NCBI GenBank assembly: GCA_054600435.1
Contig: BAAIJX010000036.1
Coordinates: 62,001 to 126,000, forward strand
Length of the DNA stretch: 64,000 nt
Direction of reading: 5' to 3'
From: Neophaeotheca triangularis
Taxonomy: Eukaryota
Below, piece after piece: positions 46,575 to 59,526 of the stretch. The translations under genes and the position numbers were made by a program. Every line of letters starts with the position of its first letter. Position 1 is the stretch's first letter. The notes beneath the pieces were generated by a model. It did not search any database. It was not told the origin of the DNA and worked only from the letters and a program-made list of their open reading frames with translations.

Positions 46575-48379
46575 CTATTCCTCGGCCTCCCACCTATCAC
46601 TCACACTCTCAAGCGTCATAGGCGCCTGAAACCCCATCTTGTAAAGCTCACCCAGCCTCTTTTCCATAACCTGCCTTCCCTCCAATGTCCTCCAGACAAA
46701 ATGCGGCGCCTTGCGCACCTCATCCCAGCCGACAAGGTTATCAGTGACCTTGGTCAAATCCTCCTGTTTGCGTCTCCACTCATCATCCTTGCGATCACTG
46801 AGGGCTGAGCTGACAACTACAAGCGGCGTATCGGCTGCTTGAATAGTACGAGCGCTGACGACTTCGTTTTTGCTGAGAGAGTCGGCGACGAGGTTTTCTT
46901 GCAATTGGGCTTTGATGAATTTGCCTCCCTGGTAGGCTTGGCGGCCATAGACGCGGTCTTCGCGTGTGCGACCTTCGAAGAGTGCACCGCCAAGACGCTG
47001 AATGCCCAGGGGAGAAATGATGCCCCAGGCCCATAGAAGGAAACCGCGGCCGGGAGAGGCGAGGCGGTGAAGCAAATCTTCGTGCAGCGGGTCGATCATC
47101 ATGATACCTACGACATCGCGGAAATGGCGGGCGCTGAAGATGCGAGAGACGATGCTGCCGTAGCCAGCGGAGACAAGGATCCAGGGACCTTCTTCGCCAG
47201 CGATGGCCAAGGCTTCGGCGAGGTTATCGGCGCTCATGCCGGCGCTGTGCGGGGAGGGCGCGTTGTCGGACCAGGCGTAGCCCGGGCGGTCCCAGTAGCA
47301 GTAACGGTCGATGGTGCCGTTTTGGTAGGCGGCGTAGGCCCAGTGCTCAAAGTCGTATTCGAGGGGGTTCTCGCCGGCTTCGAGGAGAATGGTGGGGTTG
47401 CGGGTTTCCTTCTCTTCTTGAATATTCGTCTCTGGGTTGAGGACTGTGCTGGTGCTGTAAGTGACATTACCAATACAGGCTAAATGGACTTCGTATTTGT
47501 TGCCATCAACAAAGTAGCGCTCGCCGTCCATCTCGAGGGTTGCATCGCGGGCGCGGAGGATCAGGGTTCCCGTCATCAGGACAACGATAGCGGCGTAGAT
47601 GACGAGGATTATCGTGGCGAGTAGGATAGCCATCCACTGTTTGAGAGTGTGGCGAGTTTCCGCACGACCTGTAAGGCGCTCCTCCTCTTCTCTTTTACCG
47701 TAGTAAACGACCCTATCAACAACGACACACCATATACTCATCAACGTCGCCCAACCCACAGACGCAACGCCCGGAGCACCTTCCTCGGCACGAATACGGG
47801 GTACGCTAACGATAATAATAAGATCGACGAGGAGTAGGACGGCGAGGACTGCCTGCGCAGCTCGCATCGCACGGCTGGGAGCGCTGAAGAAGAGTAGAGA
47901 GCATAGCAAGTTGCCGGCGGTCAGTGTGGTGTAGGAGAAGTCGAAGAAGCCGGAACCACGCGTGTGCAAGCCTGGTGGGCTGACGAAGATGCTAACGAGG
48001 AGCAGCGTCCACCATAGGAAGGAGATGACGAGGAAAAGGACGGTAATGTAGCGGACGATGCGGACCGACCAGAGGTTGTACGGGGAGACCTGGTTGATAC
48101 TGTTAGCTGCTGGGAGACGGGTCGAGGAAGGTTGAAACTCACAGCCGGGTCGTCTGGGTCGAGATAGCCGTCCGAGTGCGGTGGACGGGGATTCGAAGGC
48201 AACAGTCTGTCGCGTTCAGTAGCCTCTCTGCGCTCATACTCGCGTCTGGATGGTGGTTGGCGGCCGTCTGTGCCGTCTTCTGAGCTTCTGGCCATGTTGT
48301 CGTCTTCGCCGCTGTGGTTGTCTGGGTCTTGGTTCTTGTGGTTGTCGTCTTTGTTGTTGGAACCCCAGAGCGATACCAT
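46575..48379 (-). CDS. Integral membrane protein, DUF2417 + alpha/beta-hydrolase fold (YNL115C-like); 2 exons
   Basis: YLDPDDPA|VSPYNLW joined across intron 48142..48090; several TM segments; RYCYWDRPGYAWSDNAPSPHSAGM. Confidence 0.85.
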
Positions 48380-48938
48380 GCTGCTGCTGCCCGCTTATGT
48401 ACTACCACCGAGCGAGCTCAAGCGGATGGGAGAAGGAGTGGGGGAGGTGAGGGTGGTAGGAGAGTAGGTAGAGTGGAAAGGGAGTTGAAGCGGGAGGGAT
48501 GGCAACGGAGGAGGTAAGGCAGTAAGGTAGGTGGTGGATGAGCTTTGTTGGACTGGCGCCTACCACGGAAGCAATTGGCCTAGGAGCTCACAACAAAGCG
48601 TGGGAGTATTAGGTAGACGGTACGGAGGTAGTAGGTTGGCAGAGGTGAAGGTACATAGTAGGAGGTAGCGTGGAAGCGTTTGCTTGTGCTGCCGTCCCGC
48701 GTTTTCGGGCGTAGCTCAAGCAGCGAGCAGGCAGACGGGACGATCTACCATGTGATGTAACTAAAGGTTACCTAGGAAGGTAAGTGATGATGGCATCCAA
48801 GCCAAGGCATCGAGGTCGAGCGTCCCGTCTGCTCTAGATTTCCAGGTTCCATGCATCCCCTCCACCAACGTCACTGTTGCCCAGCTGATCGGATGTGGCT
48901 GGAGCTGACTGTGGCGCACCTCGGTCTATAATAATAAT

Positions 48939-48968
48939 CCACACACACACACAGACACACACACACAC
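48939..48968. repeat. (AC)n microsatellite
   Basis: cacacacacacacagacacacacacacaca. Confidence 0.85.
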
Positions 48969-49485
48969 AAGATACCTTCCAAGGTTACCTACCTCTAGTA
49001 GGTAATGATGTAGCTGCCCGGGCACTTAAAAGATCAGACGGGATGGGTCGACAGCTCGAGCTCTACCTACCTTAAAGCTAGGTACGCCATGATCGACGCC
49101 AGTGCAACGCTGTGGCTGAGAGTCTAGGCCTTACTAACGTCGCCTGAGGCCACCACGCCATTCAAAACCCACCAAGACGGGAAACGTCACTGTACAACCA
49201 ATTCTTTCCCAAACTATGTAGTGTACTCTTGATGCATGCATGCATCTATCGTCAAACAATAGCAGCAAAGGCCCAGCACATGTATGTATCGCTCTACCCA
49301 GGGTATTGCGGAAACAAACCCTCCTCCCTGCCCCCAAGACCTCACTGTATCCAAGCAAAACCCCCACCGCCCATAAAACGCCCACACTCCATCAATCATA
49401 AAAGACGTATTCGCATCCAAGACACTAAGCCTCTTGTCACGTTCTTTCCATCTTCTCTCTCTCCAGTCAGTCCTCAAAGCTTAGT

Positions 49486-52400
49486 TCAATCAAAAGACAT
49501 CTTAACCTCGCCCTCGCGCTCCGCCTCTTCCGCCCACGGGTTCTGCGTGGGTCTCAATTGCGGCGTGCCAACGCGACTACCAGGTCCGCTCGAAGCCCTG
49601 GACGAACCGCCCGCGGGTGTGGTAGCCGAGCTGCGCAGAGGGGGACGAGGCTGCTGCCACGCTTCCTCCGGTCTCTCGGGAACAGCCCAGGGCGTTTTGG
49701 AGGCGGGTGGGAGTGGTGTCTCTTTGATGTCCTGGTTGTTGTGGCTGAGTTGCGGGTAGAAGGGGGAGTTGTGGTGTTGGTGGCGTGGCAATGAGGTGCC
49801 GTCTTCAAAGCTCAGCTCAATGTCGTCGTCGGCGGTGCGGTTGTCCCAGGGGCTGGCGTGATGGGGTAGGGGCTTCTTTGTTGTAACTGCTGCATTGGCG
49901 GAGCTGCTGTCGTTGCTGCTGTTAGAATGGTGGCCGACCTTGGGGCTTTGGGTTAGACTGGCGTCGCTGCGGGAATTGTCGCGCTTCGATGTCGAGGCAT
50001 AGGATGAACTCGACGCTGGCGCATTGCTGGCGTCGAAGCTTTGAGAGTGTCGCATCCCTCTAAAGGGGTTCAGTTTGCTTGCGAAACCGTTGGGTTTCTG
50101 TACTGCTGGCGTCGAAGGCGATTTGTCCCCGCCGCCTTTGCCGGCTTCTTGCTGAATCTTGAGAGCCGGGAGAGTGGATTCGATCTCTCGGATTTGCATA
50201 TGCCCCTTGATTTCATCCATGTCACCACCGTTGAGCGCCAGCTCTAGAGCCTCCTTACGAATGGCTTCGACATCGAACATGATATCGTCGTTTGCAGCTG
50301 CCTTTTCAGAGCTTTTCCGTTCCTCATCGGGAGCATTCTTGATCTTCTCGTCGTAAGTCTCCCAATCCTTCTTGCCCGCGGCTGCTTTCCTGTTACGCCC
50401 GAACATGCCCTTCCACCCTTTCTTTTCTGGCTTCTCTTCCAGCTTCTTGCGTGCTTCCTCAATCTCGTTGATAAGTTCTCGTTGTCTCTTTTGATGGTTC
50501 TCGGGGTCTGGGTCCTCAATCTCATTGAATTCGTCGCTTTCCACCATCCATCCAACCTGCCTCAGCAGAATCGGCATCTTGCTACGATACGCCATGTGAC
50601 CTGGAACAGTCTCGGTCACATCAAAGTTCTCGATGCCGGGCACTTCCACTTTGCTAAGGCCAGCGATACGCATGATGCCACCAGAGGTGGCGCGGAAGAG
50701 GTAGCCCAAAATCCAGTCATTGGTCGCGTAACCGTTGACGAATCGTCCACTCACGACTGTCCGTGCCCGCAAGTAGTCGTCCTTCTTCGTTACGATGGGT
50801 GTGCCGAACAGGTAGACGTTTTGGATAAGACCTAGAGCGCCGCGATTGGCGAGCTCTTTCAGACAGGAAAGAATCACCCTACTACCAAGGCTGAAGCCGA
50901 CGAGGGTGATGGGCCGCACGCCCAAGTTGCGGTCGATAATGCTATCAGCCAGGATAAGGCCGCAAGCATCGGCGCGAGCCAGAGAGACGGTCCAGGGGTT
51001 ATCAATGAGATATGCAAGTTTAGTGAGGATAATGGGCAGGGAGAGACCTGCCATTAGGGCAGTGAGGATTGTCGAGCCCAGAATTTGCTGGATGGTCTGG
51101 GTAAGAGCTTCTGTTGCAAGGATGTTGATAGTTTGACCCGTCGACTTCAACATCTCCGGCTCCCAGTGGACCGAGTATATGTCGCCCATGATCGGGTCGA
51201 CGGTGGAGAACGGCAGTCGAACATCGTCGACATTGCCTGTCATCCATCCGCTGACGGTTACGATGAGATTGGTTCGCTTGTTGTTGTGTAGAGGCCGATA
51301 TTCAAAGGTCTGAACTGCGCCCGTACGTCTGTTACTCGCGCGGACGGCGATGGTTCCACCTGTCAGTACGCCCGTGGTGCCTATTATTGCTGCTCCTCCT
51401 GTGCCTGCAAGGAAGCCACTTGTGCCAGCTACACCAATAGTGGTGAAGCCAGCGGCGAGACCGGCGCCAATAACCGGCGCAAGCAGACCGGCGCTGAGAC
51501 CAATAACGAGGCCACCACCCACAGTACATAAGCCCATGACTGCCAGACGCTTCTTGTAGTTCTTCTTACTCCTTGCTGCTAAATGTTCGTCCTCGTTCCA
51601 GTTCTCTTTCTCGGCTTGCTCCTGCATCTCTAGCGCGTCGGTGACGCGCTTCTCGAAACGGCAAACTTCTGGCCACTCGATAGAAAGAGCATCACCAACT
51701 CGCTCCAGAAGAGTTCTTGAGCGTGAATCGTATGTGCTGTCCGCGATCAACAGCAAAAACAGATCACAAAGAACCGTCCAGCGGATGTCTAGGTCAATGC
51801 TCTTCTCATTTCCAAGCTCTGACGGGTTTTGTACTGTGAAGTCTTCCGCTGAATGCTCTTCGTATGCGGGAAGTTGTTCTTGTTCCGGCTCCGGTGTGCC
51901 TCGACTCGATACGCCGGGTGTTTTTGCTCCTGGGCTGCCAGGTGCAGAAGGTGCTGCTGAAGCGGTGGCAGACTTTGGCATCTTCTCCAAGTCGGATGGC
52001 TTTGGCGAAGCAATAGAATGTGGCCTCGAAGAAGCCTCGCTAATGCGGTCTTCTGCGTGGGGGTTCTTGACTCTGGCATTCTGCATCAGAGCCGGTGTGA
52101 GATCGCTCGGCAAGACACCGTGTTCGGCCAAATTCTCAATCATGACCTGCTCGTTCGACGCGATCTCCATGTGACTGTATAACCGAACCATCATCTTCTG
52201 ACCCCACATCTTTGTCGCTTCAGTACCCGTTTCGATAAACTTCTTCGAGCCTCTTGTTCTTTCGAGATCGTCCAAATCTTTCTGCATCTTGCCAATGCAT
52301 ATCCGCACAAGGCCGACATAAGCCACACGCTGACCCTCAGTAAGCAACTCTTTTGTGGTCTGCATTTGAGAGACAATATCTCTGCCTTCCTCATCCTCGT

Positions 52401-53125
52401 CATCCAGTGCATTGGTCGCTGCACCATCCTTGAAAAGGTACGCAGTGTTGTCGTCCATACTGGTCGCGGACTGAGCATCCTCATCTACTTGCACCCTAGT
52501 ATAACCTTTGCCAGCGCCGCCTAGATTGTTGTACGCGACCTGCTGATCATCAACCTCATCATACTCTTTAGCTAGGACCTTGCCCCAATCATCGTAGATG
52601 CGATGTGTGGCGAGTGCAGGCATCTCTTGCCATTCGAGTTCGTCCTCTTTCTTGTCTTTAGGCTTCTCATCCTGTGGTGCGAGTTGCTGATGAGACCATT
52701 CTGAAACCATTGGAGCATTCATTTTGCTAGTACTCGATGCGGTCCGAACATGCTTCGCATCGCTGACCTGAGCAGCATCTTCGGTGGGCTTACTTTCATT
52801 TGGGATGCTATCTTCTTCGCGAGTTATCGGATGGGCAGCAGAAGGCTCTGCAAGTGCTTGTGCTTGCGCACTGGTGGAATCTGGGCGACTTTCCGATTCG
52901 TCTTCGACGGCCTTTTCGTGAGAAGTATCTGGACCCATACCGGAGCGGGAGCCTGAGCCCTCATCCGCTGTTATTGCCGAGTCCGACGGTACTCCATTTA
53001 CCTGCTGCGGCCTCTGCTCGGTGCCCTTACCACTCAATGGCGCCGTCGCTTGCTGTCCTGTCGACTCCCCTACTTTCGTGTTGGCTTCATTAGACGGCTG
53101 TGCGCTTTCATCGGCGCTCTGAAAA

Positions 53126-53156
<31 letters not shown>

Positions 53157-53343
53157 ATGTCCGCCGCCTGGCCTTTTTGATTGGCAGACCGAAATCGTCC
53201 ACTTCTACAGGCTCCTCTTCGCCGGTCATTGCCGCATCATTTTGACCTGAACCTGCATCCTTCGCCTTTGCCCGTCCGGCAATCCCGTCGCGCAGGCCTT
53301 CAGGAGGTTCATCTTCGGTCTTTGCATCGCCATCGGCAGCCAT
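49486..53343 (-). CDS. DUF726 family membrane lipase-like protein (Mil1/YFL034W, TMCO4-like); intronless
   Basis: DIRWTVLCDLFL, GGGLVIGLSAGLLAP, RPITLVGFSLGSR, DWILGYLFRA. Confidence 0.9.
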
Positions 53344-54068
53344 TCTTTGTTCCTATGATTGTGCACATTCAAGATGCATGCGCAAAACACCAAAGAGCTA
53401 AGCTGCAAAGACAAAGACTGTTGGGTTTATTGTCGAATGTTTGAAAGGTCGCACAGCGCCCAGGACATGCACGCATCAATAATGTATCGATAATAATGTC
53501 CGTCAACAAAGGCCTTCTACGCTCGGGTTGTTGTTGTAACTCCGACGGCAAGTGCAGACGCAGGGGCCAACAAAACTACGCCGGCCGCTGGAACACCCGC
53601 TGCCGCACATAACGGGCGCTAATGCAACTCCCCGCTAGCTCTGTTACTCCGGTCTGGGCTCCGTCCCGACTTCAAGAGCGATCAAGCGTTTCAATGTGGG
53701 AGTTGGGGATTTTGATATTGGCTCATAACGCGACCTATGGACCACTGATACTACCCCACCCAATACCAGAGTATCCATCAACGTTTGACGACTTGATGTT
53801 GAGCGTTCTGAGCGTGTCAACGAGGTGTCAGGGGGCGAACAGGGGGGTGGGAGAAGGCGACCATCAGCACGTGAAGTTTAGACTCCTCGCAACGAACATA
53901 AGGTACTTGTTTTCATATCAAGTGAGCATCTGGTAACGAGCTACGAGGTCTTGGCGACAACGCAGGTGAGCTTCCCAATCCTCACTTGAGGTCACCGCCT
54001 ATACCTCCAGCAATCCCCACCTGATCACACCTTCCCTTCCACTACACTTCACAACACCAAAATTCACC

Positions 54069-57000
54069 ATGGAGGACAACCACTCTAAGCAGCAGCAACG
54101 CAAGGAATAAGCAGACATCCAAGTCACAACTCTCTGCTAATAGCCCCTAATAGCTCCGTCGGGAAACCCCCAAAACAACCCAGCACCACCGAATCGTCGG
54201 CAGCCATTGCGACCTAGGATCGAGACGCGATCACTAACCCACTTCGGCTCATCAGCAAGGGTTGAGGCAGCTCACAACTCTATCCTATATCACGAGAATC
54301 TACGCGACATCGAAAGCCCGGCGAAAAGCCCTTCCATCCCGCCACCTGCCGAGATCGAACCAGCCAGCAGTGAGTAGCAACGATAAAGAATCTTATCAGC
54401 ATTGCCTACATTAGGCTTTTTGAGCAAGCCAGCGGCGGTCATCAGAAAGGCTAGGCATCAGTCTCACCCGCCACTTACTCTACCGTTTCGTGCGCCTATA
54501 CTTTCTTTGAGAGAGAAGGCCGGCTTAGCAAAACGCGACCTGATATATTCACCACTCCGAAGCTCTGAGTTGACATCCATCTAGCGAGCAAGAATAGGGA
54601 GCCAGGAGGATCTCCCGGTGACATTAGCCCCTACGAGTACCCGCAACACCCGACCTCACCCAACCAACTTCGCGAAAACAAATCAATCGGCGCTTTCCAC
54701 CGTAAATTCAGCCTTATCGGCCAATCTCCAAGCTATTCGTCAGGGACTTTCGAAAGATCCAGAACACCGCCACAACAAAGCTCACCAGTAACGATCCCAC
54801 AAGGAGACGACAATATGAATCGTCTCAGCATCCCAACTTTCGAGGGGCCGAATAAGAAGAAGCAGATTCAAGATGCAAAAGACATGTCCCAGACTGTTGT
54901 TCGCCTGGCCGAGCGTGCAAACACCAACGTGCCACCATACGAGTTCATCGAGCTCATCGGAAAAGGCTCCTTCGGCCGCGTCTACAAATGCCTTAGCAAG
55001 AAGACTGGCACTCTCGTCGCGGTGAAGATCATTAGCGTTGACGACTCCGACTTCGCCGCGCACCCGCTTGACAAGGACGAGACCCTCAAAGATTTTCGTA
55101 AGGAGGTGTCCATCTTGCATCAGCTAAAAGAGAAGAAGGCTCAGAACGTCAACATGATTCACGAGGCCTTCGATCTGCACTCCCAACTTTGGATTGTCAG
55201 CGAATACTGCACAGGAGGAAGTGTCCGAACACTCATGCGAGCTCAGCCTACCAGTAATCCGGGTTTGGAAGAGCGCTTCATTATCCCGATCTCCAGAGAA
55301 CTCGCTCTTGCTCTGAAGAGTGTCCACGAGATCGGCGTCATCCACCGCGACATCAAGGCCACCAACGTCTACGTCACGGAAGACGGCAAGATTCAGCTTG
55401 GCGACTTCGGCATCGTGGGCGTGCCAGAAGATGGTAAATCAAAGCGGACAACTATCGTTGGCACTCCGCACTACATGCCGCTGGAGTTCCACATCTCCGA
55501 TACACTGGAAACGGAGGAGGCATACGGCACGGAAGTGGATGTTTGGTCTTTCGGAATTACCGTGTACGAGATGGCGGTCGGCCACGTGCCCAACCCTCGC
55601 GTAGGAAGGGAGGATTTGGGCATCGCGCTCAATCAAGCCCCGAGACTGGAGGGCGGCAACTATTCCCAAGAACTCCGAGACTTTGTGGCTTTCTGCCTTG
55701 ACAACGACGCCAAGCTGCGTCCATCCATCACTGAAGTGTTGCAGCATCCTTTCATTGCCAATTCCGAGCAAGACTACCCCACCGGGAGCCTGACCCAGCT
55801 AATCGAGCGCTATGCACTTTGGGAATTCGGCGGGGGTCAGCGCTCATCGCTGTGGATGCCAGGTGGAGCAGAAGCGCCGACACCAGAGACTGACGAGCCA
55901 GACATTGTCGGCGATTTCGACGATTGGAACTTCAGCACCTCAGACGACTTCAATGATGACTTTGGTCGGCGCTACAGTCACATGATCCAGCTGGACATGG
56001 GAGATCCACAGCTGCAAGCCCCTGAAGGCTCAGGCTTGCCACCTATCAATACACAGGTCAGTCAAGACGCGGATACTTTGGACTCAAAGATGCATGAGTG
56101 GAAGATTGAACGTGGGGAGCGTTCTCTTGATCGTCTTTGGAATGCGCAAGCCGAGCCCTACAAGTTGCATTCCCCAGTGGGCAGCAGCCAGACTAATGAC
56201 TTACCGCTCCGTTCCATGGGGTCATCGGCGCCACGTGAATCTGTTATTGACCTCGATAGTGCGGGTGCACAGGACCAGCCGCCAACTTTCAACTTCGATT
56301 TCGACGAGCTGCCTACTATCAAGGCAAAGCACCGCGCGCTGGGAGACGATGATGATGACTTGGATGAGATGCACCACGGTGAGGATGATGCCAACACGAA
56401 GAGAGCCACACGGGATTGGAAGTTCCCGGCCGTACGCGCAGAGGAATCGGAGCTCAAGCGTGCCACAATGGATTGGACCTTCCCTGCCTCAACGGCGTCT
56501 CAAGGACCCCGCGCGACAATGGACTGGAGCTTCTCGACCGCTGGGCTAGCGAGGGCAGAGGACGAGGAAGAAGAGCAAGAGTCCCAAATGAACCTCCCTC
56601 CGCAGGGAGACGGCGGTTCTCTCGCCCCGGGCTTCCGGCCAACTCTCAAGCACATGGCGACGGAGCCTATTGGCCAATTTGGTGACTACATGCACACCAC
56701 AACCACCCTCGATCGCTCCCAGGGCAGAGCACCCTCCCCGACCCGGACTTCAATGGGCTCCATGATCGACCTCGACATGGGTGGCACGGGAGACGTCCCC
56801 GACCTGACGCGTCCTTCGTCAGCAAGCTCCGCTCACACCGAGTCAACCTCGGGCAACCCATTCGACCTAGAGGAAGATCCCGCGCAGAACGAAATCGACC
56901 GCAACCGCTTCTCACACCACCGCCAATGGCGCTCCGAGGACGCCCGCCACAGCATAGGAGCCAGCGACATGGCATCAGCCGTGCACGCCCGCATGGCCAG

Positions 57001-57529
57001 TGAAAGCAGCAGCGACTCCGAGTTCGAGCGCACCATGCACGAGCGTCAGGTCGCGGAGGCGTTTGCGCACAACCTCGCAAAGACGGAGCTCAAGACCCCG
57101 CCATCGGGAGGCCGCGTGCAACTCCTAGCCGAAGACGGCACCAACTGGCCCGGCCTCGGCTACGGTAACGCGCTCGAGACGCGCAACGCTTCACGCTTTT
57201 CGCTACGCACCCCCAGCGCCTCGCGACTGCAGCCACCACGCTCCGCCAGCCGCCACGGAAACGGCCGCCCCGCGCCTCGCGGCGAAGTGCAGTTCCCCAT
57301 CGCGCGCCCGCCGGCTCTCGAAGCTTTGGAGGAAGACGCGTCGCTCGGTCTGGTGGCTTCCGAGCTCGATCGCATGTTGGCAGACTTGCAGCAGGGGCTT
57401 GAGGCCACGGCGTCGGCTTTGGCGCAGCATGCTGGGATCGAGGATGCGGAGCGTGAAGGTGTTGGGTCTGGGGGGGAGAGTGGGTATAATAGCAGTGCTG
57501 CTGGCGAGGGGGAGGAAGAGGGGTATTAG
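54069..57529 (+). CDS. Ste20/GCK-III-type Ser/Thr kinase (Nak1/Kic1-like); core ORF 54815-57529 plus two proposed upstream exons
   Basis: IGKGSFGRVYK, VAVKII, HRDIKATN, DFG, GTPHYMPLE. Upstream exons 54069-54099 and 54154-54369 splice in frame to 54585; they are less certain than the kinase call. Confidence 0.88.
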
Positions 57530-58286
57530 GGAGGGAAGGAGAGCGTTGTCGGCTTGTTGCTAGGTGGTACGAGATGCGAGCGCGGACTGGGAGTTTGTTT
57601 GGGCGTTAGGGGAGGAGAAATGGGTTGAGCGCCGCTTTTGCGTTATGCCAACGAGCAGTCACGCGATACCCACTGCGGTTGCCGGATGGCGGAATTTGAG
57701 ACGATAGCATAGCAGAGCAATGGGAATGATCAACTGAGACGTACTACTACTACTGACTGACTGACTGCTGATGGTGGCGGTAGGTGTGGCAAGCTCTTCC
57801 GCACTTCAAAAGGCTAATCGTACACTTGAGCAAGACTGGGTATGTGTACAAGCCAACTCTCATCTTATTGCCTTTTGGGCTGGCTACTATGCAGCCCGAA
57901 ATCTCGGTCTCCGACACACTCTCTGCCGGCGCTCTGACCCAACGGGTGGCGCAACGAATTATCCTTCCGCTCGGCCACAGCCTCCCTTCTAAGTGAATCG
58001 CTCGGGAATATGCTGGGCCTTTGGTAGAGAGTTTATGCTGTGAATAGAACGGTATCGAGTTGCCTCGAAAGAGTCCCCAAAGCAACACCCGAACGGGCTC
58101 GAGAGCGGAGCCGCCGTTCTCGCAAACAGGGTTACTTGAGGAAAATTTCGGTGGCGCCGTTTTCAATGGCTTGCTGGTTAAGCAGTAACTGTACTCCCTC
58201 GACGGCGAACCGTGTGCCGCCTAGACAAGGAAACTCGGGTCCTAGTCTTGACGCACCGCCGGCCCAGCTCGAAGAGAGACACAGCC

Positions 58287-59526
58287 TCAACCACCCACAC
58301 CCGCTCTCAGCGCTCTCAGACAGTCATCCGCCGGCACCACGCCATGCTCCGACGTGCACTCGCAATCGCACCCCACGCCCTCTCCGGGACAATTCTGAAA
58401 GGGCGGATGCACGTAGCCAATGTCCTCGAAGAAGTGCACCTGCGCGGGGTCCGTGAACATGCCCAAAGCCAGGGAATGCACGGCCGCGTCGCCCCAGCGC
58501 TCGGTGTAGAAGCCACCGGCTCTGTCGAGGTCGGCGAAGTAGGCGCGGTATTGTTCCGAGCGGTAGAAGTCGAGGTCGGCGATTTCGAAGTTGGACCAGA
58601 AGTGGCAGAAATTCCAGGCGTCGCCGTGGCGGGTGCGGCTGTGGAAGAGGGACTCGATGGACATGAAGAGCTGGCGGATCGGGGTCGGGGCCCAGCTGGC
58701 GTCGATCATGGAGGTCCAGAGGGAGGTTGTGGGGATGTTGTGGCTTTCTTTGAAGTTTGCCGTGGTGCGGAAGAGGGTCGGGCAGGTGGAGCCAATCTCC
58801 CAGAGCGCGAGTGTGTAGCCGTAGACTTTATTGCGGAGGCGCATTAGGCGGAAAGGGTCGTAGGGGATGCGACAGGTGAATTGAATCTCGGGCTCTACTC
58901 GCCAGTAATATTTGTAGGGGAGCAGGGCCGGGTAGTCGTAGAAGAAGCCAGAGTAGAAGCGGCACATGTGGTGGTAGCCTTCCTTGTTGACGTGTGGGAT
59001 GCCGTGCTGGGACATTTGTTCCCAAGCGGTTTCTGCTTTTTGTCTGTCGACAAAGGTGTCGTCGGAGGAAGGCCAGGACCACATTTCGGTGGGGATTTGG
59101 TCAAAGGTGAGCTCGCTTTGGGAGGCGCGGCGCATTGCATCTTTGAAGGCTGGATCCCAAGGTTTGTCGTTGAGAAAGATGATGGGGTAGTGGTACCATT
59201 GGTTCCATTGCTTTTCTATGCTTCTTATCGCGGAGACGGTGGCATCCAGTTCACTGTTACGAGCCAAGACGAGGATTGTAGCGTTCTCGCGCGGTTCCGA
59301 GACATCGAGAGGTGCTTGAGATGGATCCGAGATTGTGTTCTTTTGGTCGAGTACTTTGCAGTCTTTTGCAAAAGGTTCATCCAGAGGTCTCAAAGGTCTC
59401 TTGACATGGTAGGAACGAAGGTGGATCAGGATGTCAAGGAACGAGGCGACGACCAGGACAGCAATGACAAGTCGGTTCTGACGTGAGTCTCCGGAATCTG
59501 TTGACGATTGCGTGGAGACCCAGCAT
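58287..59526 (-). CDS. GT15 (Kre2/Mnt1/Ktr) alpha-1,2-mannosyltransferase with an apparent 5' frameshift
   Basis: ENATILVLARNSEL, YHHMCRFYSGFF, YYWRVEP, CHFWSNFEIADL, ERWGDAAVHSLA. The TM anchor is in frame with the catalytic domain but the ATG at 59526 is not. Confidence 0.85.
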
